From positions 1 to 39,946 of IMG/VR virus record IMGVR_UViG_3300030376_003169: a stretch of 39,946 nt of DNA. One strand, given 5' to 3'. This document shows positions 9,101 to 16,752 of the stretch, one piece after another (position 1 is the first letter of the stretch; each line of letters starts with the position of its first letter). Source of the stretch: a virus. Lineage: Duplodnaviria; Caudoviricetes. The translations under genes were made by a program, and so were the position numbers. The notes below the pieces were generated by a model, which saw only the letters and a program-made list of their open reading frames with translations, did no database searches and was not told the origin of the DNA.

Positions 9101-11688
9101 TCTTTATTTATTTGTACAAATGAGTCACCACGATCAAATCTTCTTCTTACAACACTAGCATTTTCAAATGTAGTTTGCTCTGTTCTTGCTAAATTACCTA
9201 TCTCAGAATAATCTCTAGCTTGTTCTAGGGTAGTGCCTTCTGGCAATATCTTGTATGTAGCATTATCTACTCTACCTTTAATAACGCCTAACTGTCTATG
9301 ATGTCCACTGACTACATACAGTTTGCTGTCTTTAGGGTCTTTCCATAGTATTGGTTCGTCCCACTTAACTGGGTCAAAATTACCAGCAATATCATCAATC
9401 ATCTGCTGATTATACTCTTCACGAGGTTGAAATTTATTTTCGTCTATAACAATAGAATTTGTATTTAGCTCTTCTACCTGTAGACCTTTTGCTTCTTTAG
9501 TTTTAGTTGGCTTTTCTTCAACTGCGACAGGTTCAGAAGTAGGTTCAGGTGTTGGGGTAGGTTCAGCTTCTACTACTGGCTCTGGTTCTGCTACAGGTTC
9601 TGGAGTAGGTTCAGCCTCTACTACTGGCTCATCCATTATAATAGGTTCGGTTGGTATAATGCCATCAACTAGGTTCGAGCCATCATCTAATTGCATTTCT
9701 CCCAAAACACCTTTAGTTATATTTTCAGGGAGTTTTGCATAAGAGGGCAAAGAGGTTTCAATAAATCCCATTTCATTCATAAATGATTTACTAAACAGCT
9801 CTGCCCCATTATACGCAAGAGTCTCATTGTTTAATTGAGCCTCGTTTACAACACCCTCTATCCACAGGTCGATATCACTCGCAAGTTCTGGATTAACTTC
9901 TCCAACTCTTGTGTAGATAGCCTCTGCTGTATCTTCAAGGAAATCGGCTTGGGTTGCGTCTTCTCCAAGTACAATACGTCTAGTTCCATCCCCAAATTCG
10001 TAGTTCTGTGCTGGGATTGAGAATCTATATCTATTGACTCCATCATCGACATAGCCTGTTTCTCCTTTCTTAATTAAATCTTCTTTTCTTGTTTCTGGGT
10101 TGTATTGAGCTTGACGCACCTCTTCTTCTGTAAATACATCTACGACTGGAGCATCTGTAAAGCCTATATTTATTTGCCCTTTATATTTGCTTAAATTGTC
10201 TACTCTTCTTTTCTGATCTTCTTGTGTTTTATTTACAGGTTGTTGTTCTTGGTCTAGCCTAGCACTCGATATGTCTTGAACAAGAGGGTCATTATCAGGT
10301 ACTTCAATAGTATTTCCATTGTCAAACGTCAGTCTGACTGTACCTGCTACCCCACCTGTACCAATCTCGACTATACTTTCTGCTACGATTGCTGGTACGT
10401 TAAATACTTCACCTTCTTCAGGGTCTAGTGCAACTGCTTGACCTACAAATTCTCCAGTACCACCAAGCCCAGCTTGTTCTAAAATTTCTTTTCCTACAGC
10501 AGTAATGCCTTTAGTAAGACCCATACCTCTAGCCATTTTAAGGTGTCTACCAGCTACGCCTCCACTTAATGCGTCAACCACAGCTACAGGTACACCTTTT
10601 TCCAGTGCTTCTCGTTTTGCTTTAGCATTTATTTCTGGGTTAGTAAATGCCTCTACTAATTCATCAGGGTCTTTAACATTAACTCCTTGTTGACTAAAAG
10701 AGTTTAAAATCTCACTAGACCATTCTATTCCTAATGATGCAATACCACTAGCAGTTGCGATTGGCAACCAAGCTGGTGCTCCTACTATCGCAGTAGCGAT
10801 GCCAAGAGGCAAACCAACAGCAAAACCTACTGGTAAAAATTGTACAAAACTTTCTATAGTTAACTGAGTCGCAACAGCAATAGGGTCAGCTTTCATTTCT
10901 TTTAATGTTTGACCGAAATCGTTATCAGGTCTCATAGCCCGTTCAAAAGTTTCTGAGGCAGGTTTATCTTCTAAGCCTGACTGCTCTATTGCTATTTGCT
11001 TAACTCTTTCTTCAGGGTCGATACCAAGCTGATACCCTAGAACATTGGTCATGGTTTTTAAATTACCATAGCCTCTTAAAAACGCATTTTTTGAACCTTC
11101 AACTTCATCTTGAGATATGTCTAATGAAGTCATTACATCGCTTTTAAACTGATCGTAATCAAATTTTTGAACAGATGCTTTAACTTTAGATATTTGGTCT
11201 CTAATACCATCTGCACTATACAGCCCAGTTTCTATTAGCTTATCTACTTCTTTTTCTTGTTCTGGAAATTCAGCGTGTAACTCTTCTTTTCTTTTTAAAA
11301 GATTATTGCGATTATCGCTTCTTTCGATTGCACCTGCCCAGTCTTGTTGACTTTTGTTTTGCTTTATCATAGACGCATAATTTTGAACTGTAGGGCTTGT
11401 CTCTGGTAATCCAGTATATATAGATGCAAACTTCATACTATCTCCACCAGACCTTTCCCAGATATTGTCTATAATAAAATTAGATGCCTGAGTTCCCGTT
11501 TCAGGGTTATCGTAGTATGCAGTAAATAAATTAGGATTGTCGGGAAGTGGGTCTCCTCTTTGAGCACCATACCTTTCCTCTAGTTCAGGTGTCCATATAT
11601 GAGCACCATAGTTATTATGCCTTTGAGAGCGTGGGCTTGTTTCAAAGGTGTTTATAACTTTATATAGAAATCCATTCTTGTCAGTCAT
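6199..11688 (-). CDS. Large ejection / internal virion protein (polyvalent) with lysozyme-like N-terminus and ParB-like domain
   Basis: 1829 aa at the ejection-protein position; RHNNYG motif near N-terminus; hydrophobic G/A segments; PE-rich linker; FQPR...PILW...YVVSGHHR ParB/Srx-like motif; helical basic C-terminal half. Confidence 0.75.
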   Translation of the reverse strand: MTDKNGFLYKVINTFETSPRSQRHNNYGAHIWTPELEERYGAQRGDPLPDNPNLFTAYYDNPETGTQASNFIIDNIWERSGGDSMKFASIYTGLPETSPTVQNYASMIKQNKSQQDWAGAIERSDNRNNLLKRKEELHAEFPEQEKEVDKLIETGLYSADGIRDQISKVKASVQKFDYDQFKSDVMTSLDISQDEVEGSKNAFLRGYGNLKTMTNVLGYQLGIDPEERVKQIAIEQSGLEDKPASETFERAMRPDNDFGQTLKEMKADPIAVATQLTIESFVQFLPVGFAVGLPLGIATAIVGAPAWLPIATASGIASLGIEWSSEILNSFSQQGVNVKDPDELVEAFTNPEINAKAKREALEKGVPVAVVDALSGGVAGRHLKMARGMGLTKGITAVGKEILEQAGLGGTGEFVGQAVALDPEEGEVFNVPAIVAESIVEIGTGGVAGTVRLTFDNGNTIEVPDNDPLVQDISSARLDQEQQPVNKTQEDQKRRVDNLSKYKGQINIGFTDAPVVDVFTEEEVRQAQYNPETRKEDLIKKGETGYVDDGVNRYRFSIPAQNYEFGDGTRRIVLGEDATQADFLEDTAEAIYTRVGEVNPELASDIDLWIEGVVNEAQLNNETLAYNGAELFSKSFMNEMGFIETSLPSYAKLPENITKGVLGEMQLDDGSNLVDGIIPTEPIIMDEPVVEAEPTPEPVAEPEPVVEAEPTPTPEPTSEPVAVEEKPTKTKEAKGLQVEELNTNSIVIDENKFQPREEYNQQMIDDIAGNFDPVKWDEPILWKDPKDSKLYVVSGHHRQLGVIKGRVDNATYKILPEGTTLEQARDYSEIGNLARTEQTTFENASVVRRRFDRGDSFVQINKDLPSISVGKAKSLYNLSFLDSKGKFKDNYENTSGFKRIVSTASLVGGYRKKYDWMTNKHEDDIFTYLYNENAIEGDDQKIGLNLSMTLEKVDGMKDRPSSILKQLRKDTARLPEDADETTKNEVDALDNQISSITAQLEDTKSLSEEAKKIAEETNAKETDVYETLRKDLQSQRRDVKKQKQELIESLNQEDPNQDSLFSLRGINEKEYAKAFNKKVTRQERRNAKRDAKVNAVKQFRDYFRTISSQLNRINPKITERLRRSQKRAFDILDKYLVAVKPFGKTLRRMQKKARTRRAKAEYVALKLALYNGDTATVESILKTKRRINQYREFVRSHEALHEQAMAVGIDMGHIENHFPRTVVDHRAFYKYVSGQTATSRRSKLEEAFASAREYRGRDLTDEEKVAIANALLRDKKGLLSNTADWSKTRKIDKLTVDQLRFYDEPHNSLAMYANGMSQMIATAQFMGGRPNRFSFRKFPKNTRIKGVGIYDNKIGQFEQNEQNNLLVFESRNTPKAIQAMEVKRKEEQLRTGLPYVGLQDQIGSMLIDLESDFKLNRDEVERVRTILEAYYNDQTMNSFVAGVRNVGYISTMGSVFSAVTQLGDLGVSVYRSAKGSAIGLLRPSTYTRVISEMFKSLTRLNKYKLKQLGVDNRILQELSDNQTSLQRAMTWVFRLSGLSTMDRVGKETFINTSMKKYEKGASQIVRGRNNKLTRDLQRRINRKFSQSESQQLINDLASGKRTELTELLAYSELLDVQPVAKSEVPIGYMQHPNGRVFYMLKTFMLKRFDVFVNETNMLKKEGKHASAMMNMVMLGTVLAMAEAGADTIKDWMAGRKTPINELVWSNLLKLAGVSRYHYYNFINSKPSQAILKMLVPPFDYVDDPVSDLRFLHKRLDKYKNTREPAKYAWRDFKKRGANWVRHIPVFGKHLYWMDKDSEFAEIIKEYAPLMSPSAGTVKLEKRLKAQRNK
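9557..9630. repeat. 26-bp direct repeat (48-bp period) encoding EPVVEAEPT linker
   Basis: GTAGGTTCAGC(T/C)TCTACTACTGGCTC at 9557-9582 and 9605-9630. Confidence 0.9.
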
Positions 11689-13031
11689 TACTTAAATGAG
11701 CCGAATTTTTTATAATCTCTTGGAGTAATAGTTCCTGTTTCAATTTGTGAAAGTTGATTTCTAATATCTTTAGCAAACTGTGACAATACTTTATTTCTAG
11801 CACCCTTTAAGGCTGATTTTTTTACAATACCTTTTCCTTTGCCCTGTCCACCTGCACTTTGTATTCTAGGAGAACTACCTGTTATCATTCTTGTAACCAT
11901 ATCAAGTGGTGGTAATTCTGGTGGTGGAGCTGGTGGTTTATTAAATAATACTGATGCTGTATTTGGGCTAGGCTTTGCTATACTATCTTGATAATTCTGC
12001 ATGGCTTCTTGTGCTTTTTTGTTATCTGCTTTAGCACTAGCAACAAATGATCTATCCATTGCTTCTTTACGAGCGTTAGCACGAGCGTTAGCTAATTGTG
12101 TTTGAGCATCTTGGTTTGCATCAGCCATACTTGGTAAAGCAAGTCTAGGGGCGTCCGTTTGTTTTGATTTACCAAAACCCATATTTCTGCCCCAAAAGTT
12201 TTGCTTACGCTTGAGTTTTATATCTATAATGTTTTGTATTTCTCTTCTTTTATTGTCTCTTTCAAATGCTTTTTTTCTATAGCTATCATCAGCAATATTA
12301 GCCTTATCCCTATCAGACATATTAGGTGGTGGTTTGCCTTTTTGAGAAAAACTATCTTGATAGGCTTTTTCTGTCTCAGGTGTTCCAGCGAAAGTTTGAG
12401 GCTTTTTAGTTTCTAAGCTTTTATTGTAAGCTATTTCAGTAGGGTTGTTAGGGTCTATTGCTGGTTTAGATAGCTTGTCATCGGTAATCTGTGATTTAAT
12501 TGCACCTCCACCTACAGTCTTGTCTACACTCATATTAGTTCCTGCAACGGCATTACTATTTGTAGGTTGTAGTATATCTCTACCTGCATCACCTACCTCT
12601 TTAATTTCAGCAGGTGCTTTATCTTTACCTGAAAAACCAGAAGCTATATTTTTTACAAACTTTTTGCCTATATTCCCGACCTTTTTTGTTATACTTTGTT
12701 TTTCTGGTTCTTCTTGATAACCTGTAGTTTCTAAAGGATTTAAACCTGCTCTTACACTAGCTTCATTATATCTAGTGTTATCATTTAATGCTTTATTGTA
12801 CATAGCTTCGGTAAGGTCTGCCACGTACTGAACTCCCTGATTATCTGTTCTATATTCTTTATACTTACCATCTTTATCTATAAAAACATCTCGAAAAGGT
12901 GTTTGACGCATAGTTTTGTAAGCATTATTAGTGTTTTTTAGTTCGTTAGCTTGTTCTTGCTCTAATAACACCTGTAGAGGTGTTTTGCTTGAGCTACCCT
13001 GTAATCTTTTTGTGCCAAATTGATACGCCAT
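11688..13031 (-). CDS. Putative internal virion / ejection protein
   Basis: K/Q/A-rich, low-complexity, directly upstream of the large ejection gene. Confidence 0.55.
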   Translation of the reverse strand: MAYQFGTKRLQGSSSKTPLQVLLEQEQANELKNTNNAYKTMRQTPFRDVFIDKDGKYKEYRTDNQGVQYVADLTEAMYNKALNDNTRYNEASVRAGLNPLETTGYQEEPEKQSITKKVGNIGKKFVKNIASGFSGKDKAPAEIKEVGDAGRDILQPTNSNAVAGTNMSVDKTVGGGAIKSQITDDKLSKPAIDPNNPTEIAYNKSLETKKPQTFAGTPETEKAYQDSFSQKGKPPPNMSDRDKANIADDSYRKKAFERDNKRREIQNIIDIKLKRKQNFWGRNMGFGKSKQTDAPRLALPSMADANQDAQTQLANARANARKEAMDRSFVASAKADNKKAQEAMQNYQDSIAKPSPNTASVLFNKPPAPPPELPPLDMVTRMITGSSPRIQSAGGQGKGKGIVKKSALKGARNKVLSQFAKDIRNQLSQIETGTITPRDYKKFGSFK

Positions 13032-13528
13032 TAGTCTACCTTATTTCCTGTCGATGCTTTATTGTTCTTTTTTTTCAGCCAATCTGTCAACAACATACCT
13101 CCCTGACCAAACGCTCCACCTACCAAATCAGCCATGCCTTGTCTTTGTGCACCAGCTCTGCCAAGTCTAAAGTCTGCTAAGTCTTGAGCGTTTGCCATAT
13201 CTTGCTGAATTTGCATATTAGATAATTGTGAAGCTCTATTGGCGATTGATTTATTTTTTTCTAAGTCAACCTGTAAACCTGCCTGTGTTCCAATAATACT
13301 ATTGCCCAAGCCTTGTGATTGTAAATTACCTACAACGCCTTGTTTAGCTAACTCAGCCCTATCAGCCTCTAACCCAGAGGCATCACTTAACTGCCTTCTC
13401 ATATCAGCTTTTGACAAGCCTCTGCTTTTTAAAAATCTTTCATATGAATCTTCTGCCTTGTTTCCGACAAAAGCATCCATAAATGGCGATACTAAGGGTG
13501 CGACTCCTGTTAATATTTTACCTAACAT
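13031..13528 (-). CDS. Putative DNA pilot / small ejection protein
   Basis: G/A/Q-rich, hydrophobic N-terminus, SQGLGNSII motif; first of a small-medium-large gene trio. Confidence 0.6.
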   Translation of the reverse strand: MLGKILTGVAPLVSPFMDAFVGNKAEDSYERFLKSRGLSKADMRRQLSDASGLEADRAELAKQGVVGNLQSQGLGNSIIGTQAGLQVDLEKNKSIANRASQLSNMQIQQDMANAQDLADFRLGRAGAQRQGMADLVGGAFGQGGMLLTDWLKKKNNKASTGNKVD

Positions 13529-13530
13529 AC

Positions 13531-13773
13531 TTATCCTACTTTAGTTGCTGTTATATAATACAATACACCATCACGATCTCTTATATACAAACGACCTTCG
13601 TCATTTGCTGGGTCTGCTGGTGCTAATTGAGAGGCTGTTAAGCTAGTAAACTTAAAATCTCCCATTCCTAAATCTTCTTTTGTTACAGCTTTGTTGTCAA
13701 ATGCAATGCTGTTTTGCTTATTGTCAACTTCGCTTTGTATTTTTCTTTCAGTGCCAAATTTCTTTTTAGCCAT
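13531..13773 (-). CDS. Small tail-associated protein
   Basis: P...EGRLYIRDRDGVLYY resembles fibre-docking motifs; position after nozzle module. Confidence 0.5.
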   Translation of the reverse strand: MAKKKFGTERKIQSEVDNKQNSIAFDNKAVTKEDLGMGDFKFTSLTASQLAPADPANDEGRLYIRDRDGVLYYITATKVG

Positions 13774-14125
13774 CTACTTCAACCTCCAATTTGCCTATTT
13801 CTATGTTTGTCGCACTTGTAGAAGCAGTTGATACTTCTACCATTATGCTATTAGCTCTGCGTCCCACAGCAAGGCTTTTGTATTTATCTCCACTACTACT
13901 GTTGGCACTCATTTGTCCAGTAGGTGAACTCCATATTGCAGACGAACTATCTCCGTTTGCATAAATCTTGGCAGTGATGACTTCAGAGCTTAAATAACGT
14001 GCGTTTAAACGTCTAATGGTTGTATTACGTGACATATCAGTAAGAGGTATCCAACCAGTCTTACGTTTCGTTGTAAATTGCTCCCCATCAGCACCACCTA
14101 AGTGATATATTGTAGAATTTGCCAT
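13766..14125 (-). CDS. Stand-alone nozzle C-terminal-like beta domain
   Basis: TIYHL...F...KTGWI...TIRRLN..YLS...IEIGKLEVEVDG aligns by eye with the C-terminus of 14125..15339. Confidence 0.6.
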   Translation of the reverse strand: MANSTIYHLGGADGEQFTTKRKTGWIPLTDMSRNTTIRRLNARYLSSEVITAKIYANGDSSSAIWSSPTGQMSANSSSGDKYKSLAVGRRANSIMVEVSTASTSATNIEIGKLEVEVDG

Positions 14126-15339
14126 TAATCATCTACCTCTATTTCAATTTTTTCAATACGCACGTTCTCATTTGAAGATTGAGTAGTCTCAATCGAGATT
14201 AGAAAATACTTAACCCTTGTAGCTAACCTAATACTATCGTGAGTAGCCGTTTGAGATGATGGTAGTATTTTTGTAGCAAAAGGTGTACTGTAATCATCAT
14301 CTTTAAATATTTTAAGCGTAACATCACTATCACTTAAATAATCAAGGTTTACACGTCTAATTATTGTGTTATTACTTAAATTATTAGGCATTATCCAGCC
14401 TGTCCTGTATATAGCTTGAAATGCCTCATCTGTACCACCAGCGTTTAATTCATATACGTTTCCAGATTTTTGTATAGACTTTACCCAAGTATCTGTGACG
14501 CTCATTTCTTCATTAATAAGCCTCAAATGACCATCTGAGTCTGTATCAGATGTACCCAAACCTTCTTCTATTGTGCGTGAAAAAAGCCAAACTCTTGCGA
14601 CAGACGAGTCTGTATCGCTTGAAGCTAAAGTCTCGGCAAAAGTTTTAAATTTTTTCCAAAGCCTACTTACCTTAGAATCACTATCTGACATAACTAAACC
14701 CTCGGCTAGTGTTCGTATTTTAATCCAATTTCTAGTTGCTTTAGAATCAGTGTCAGATGGATTTAACACTTCTGCTAATGATCTAATCTTTTTCCACTGG
14801 CGAGTTTGTTTAGATGATGTATCTGAAGCAGTCATTCCTTCAGCTATAGTTCTTATAAATGACCACGTTCTTGATACCTTAGAGTCTGTATCAGACGAAG
14901 TTAGGGTTTCAGCTAAGGTTCTAACGTGCTTCCATATTCCAGTTGTTTTAGTGGGGGTATCGCTTTTATTTATAACCTCAGCTAATGTTCTTGATATTGT
15001 TGCACCAGTAATCGATATTGCATTGTTACTTCTATCTTTAACATTTGAATCATTTACTTTGCGTACCCAAATATATATGCTTGAGCCTGATAAAGATGAT
15101 GGTACGTTCCAAACATAGGGATGCGTATTATAGTTTGTAACAATATTATTAGATGTAGAAAAAGTAGTAGACGTTGTATAATATAAATCTACGTTATCTG
15201 TAAAATTAGTCTTTGTCCATTGGATTGTAATGTTTTGAGTATGTTGAAATGAACCTGAGTTTGGTGCATTAAGAACAATGCTTTGAGGCTCTTGTATTGT
15301 AAACTGTTGACTGGTTGCAGTTACATTATTTATAGCCAT
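14125..15339 (-). CDS. Ig-like domain + 23-aa repeat stalk + nozzle C-terminal-like domain
   Basis: ITIQW...VDLYY...YVWNVP Ig-like (Kre9/KNH-type) motif; RTLAE....SDTDSK..R.W repeats; YRTGWI...IIRRVNLDYLS...IEIEVDD C-terminus. Confidence 0.7.
   Translation of the reverse strand: MAINNVTATSQQFTIQEPQSIVLNAPNSGSFQHTQNITIQWTKTNFTDNVDLYYTTSTTFSTSNNIVTNYNTHPYVWNVPSSLSGSSIYIWVRKVNDSNVKDRSNNAISITGATISRTLAEVINKSDTPTKTTGIWKHVRTLAETLTSSDTDSKVSRTWSFIRTIAEGMTASDTSSKQTRQWKKIRSLAEVLNPSDTDSKATRNWIKIRTLAEGLVMSDSDSKVSRLWKKFKTFAETLASSDTDSSVARVWLFSRTIEEGLGTSDTDSDGHLRLINEEMSVTDTWVKSIQKSGNVYELNAGGTDEAFQAIYRTGWIMPNNLSNNTIIRRVNLDYLSDSDVTLKIFKDDDYSTPFATKILPSSQTATHDSIRLATRVKYFLISIETTQSSNENVRIEKIEIEVDD
14530..14991 (-). 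repeat. Coding tandem repeat, 69-nt (23-aa) period, six full units and one partial
   Basis: Units begin RTLAE, RTLAE, RTIAE, RSLAE, RTLAE, KTFAE, RTIEE; first codon at 14991 and seventh at 14577 (6 x 69). Confidence 0.92.
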
Positions 15340-15617
15340 TAAGGACTACCCCCACCCCCATCGTCGTGAGTGGTGTGTACCTGTATTGTATAATTTGTAT
15401 CTGCAACAATACTTTCAGGTATTGTCCAGCTATAGTTAGTTAAAGCACCATTTAAATTTGATACAATAGTGGTTACAAAATTTGTTCCACGATAAAGATA
15501 TAATGCAGAAACACCCCACGTTCCAGAAGAAGGTGTTCTTGACCAAGTTATATTTACAGTAGTTTCTTTATCAAATACAGAACTACTGGTAGGATTTCCA
15601 AATGTTATCGATGCCAT
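15339..15617 (-). CDS. Ig-like (Kre9/KNH-type) single-domain protein
   Basis: VNITW...LYLYRG...YSWTIPESI....YTIQV motif. Confidence 0.7.
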   Translation of the reverse strand: MASITFGNPTSSSVFDKETTVNITWSRTPSSGTWGVSALYLYRGTNFVTTIVSNLNGALTNYSWTIPESIVADTNYTIQVHTTHDDGGGGSP

Positions 15618-15620
15618 TCA

Positions 15621-16202
15621 TTAGCTCACTTCTATCGTCCACGTTATATCAATAATATCATTTAGTGCTGGTTGTATTCTATCGCTTGATGTAAGCGTAC
15701 AAGAAGCAAAAGGTGTGTCAAAGACCTCTAAATTTGAGGCTAAACTCATACCTAATTTAAATTCTGTAATATAATTACTTGTACTTTCCATAGATGATAT
15801 ATTTGCTTCAAAGTCACTGTTAACCCATTGTGCCTGGGCTTTCCATCGTGCTTTTGTAGATGAGGCTTCATCTTCTGTTTGATTGTATTTAAATAGCAAT
15901 GTGGTGTCCGTTTCAGAGTCACCACCTTGTCCAGTATATGAACCTAAAGAAACTGGCAAGTTTATAGCTATAATTCCAGACTGACCAATAACAGCATTAT
16001 TATCGTTACCACCTGATGTATATGAAGCAAATCCAAAGTTAGGATTTAAATATATACCAGCCGTTCCTGAAGTGTCGTCAAAGTGACCAATAATTTTTGA
16101 GATAAGACCAGTTGAGCTAGTATCTATAGCATTTCTTTTTACGACTTGCTGTACAACTCCTTCGTTTGGTCTTATGACTTTTAAATCAAATATTCCTACC
16201 AT
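15621..16202 (-). CDS. Tail collar/fibre-type beta-sandwich protein, paralog 2
   Basis: G.F.L...NAI...ITEFKL...NDIIDITWTIEVS pattern shared with 16211..16750. Confidence 0.55.
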   Translation of the reverse strand: MVGIFDLKVIRPNEGVVQQVVKRNAIDTSSTGLISKIIGHFDDTSGTAGIYLNPNFGFASYTSGGNDNNAVIGQSGIIAINLPVSLGSYTGQGGDSETDTTLLFKYNQTEDEASSTKARWKAQAQWVNSDFEANISSMESTSNYITEFKLGMSLASNLEVFDTPFASCTLTSSDRIQPALNDIIDITWTIEVS

Positions 16203-16210
16203 AACATATC

Positions 16211-16750
16211 CTATGAAATACTGGTTGAGCCTTTTACGGCTTGTATAACCCAGCTTATTGTTAATTGATCTCCATTACCTATAGTTGTGCTTGACCAGTT
16301 TGAACCACTAGCTATATCTAGTCCATAATTATTGTTACTACCACTTAGCTTATTTCTTTTTATATAAATAGCAGAGATTGTATAGCTTTGAGTTGCACGA
16401 ACGATTCCAGTAAATGTTATACTAAATCCATTGGTAATAGATGTAGGAGAACCTAATGTAGTTTGAGCACCCACATAATATGAACCACCCGTATTTAAAA
16501 CAATGCCACCTGTACCTGTGGACGGAACTGTCAGGCTACTTGTGTTAGACCCTTGCCCACTTCCATCATTACTATGCAATGCACCACCCATTCTCCAAAT
16601 CTTAGAAGCATCATCACTTACCATTGCGTCTACAATCGTTTGCTTATAAAGAGCTTCTATTGCATTGTCTTGTTCAAAATTTTCAGTTGTTCCGTCTGCT
16701 CTTAATATTTCAGCAGACCACTTACCAGTTATTCCTATACTATCTAACAT
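16211..16750 (-). CDS. Tail collar/fibre-type beta-sandwich protein, paralog 1
   Basis: GKWSAEI...QDNAI...GDQLTISWVIQ pattern. Confidence 0.55.
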   Translation of the reverse strand: MLDSIGITGKWSAEILRADGTTENFEQDNAIEALYKQTIVDAMVSDDASKIWRMGGALHSNDGSGQGSNTSSLTVPSTGTGGIVLNTGGSYYVGAQTTLGSPTSITNGFSITFTGIVRATQSYTISAIYIKRNKLSGSNNNYGLDIASGSNWSSTTIGNGDQLTISWVIQAVKGSTSIS

Positions 16751-16752
16751 AC

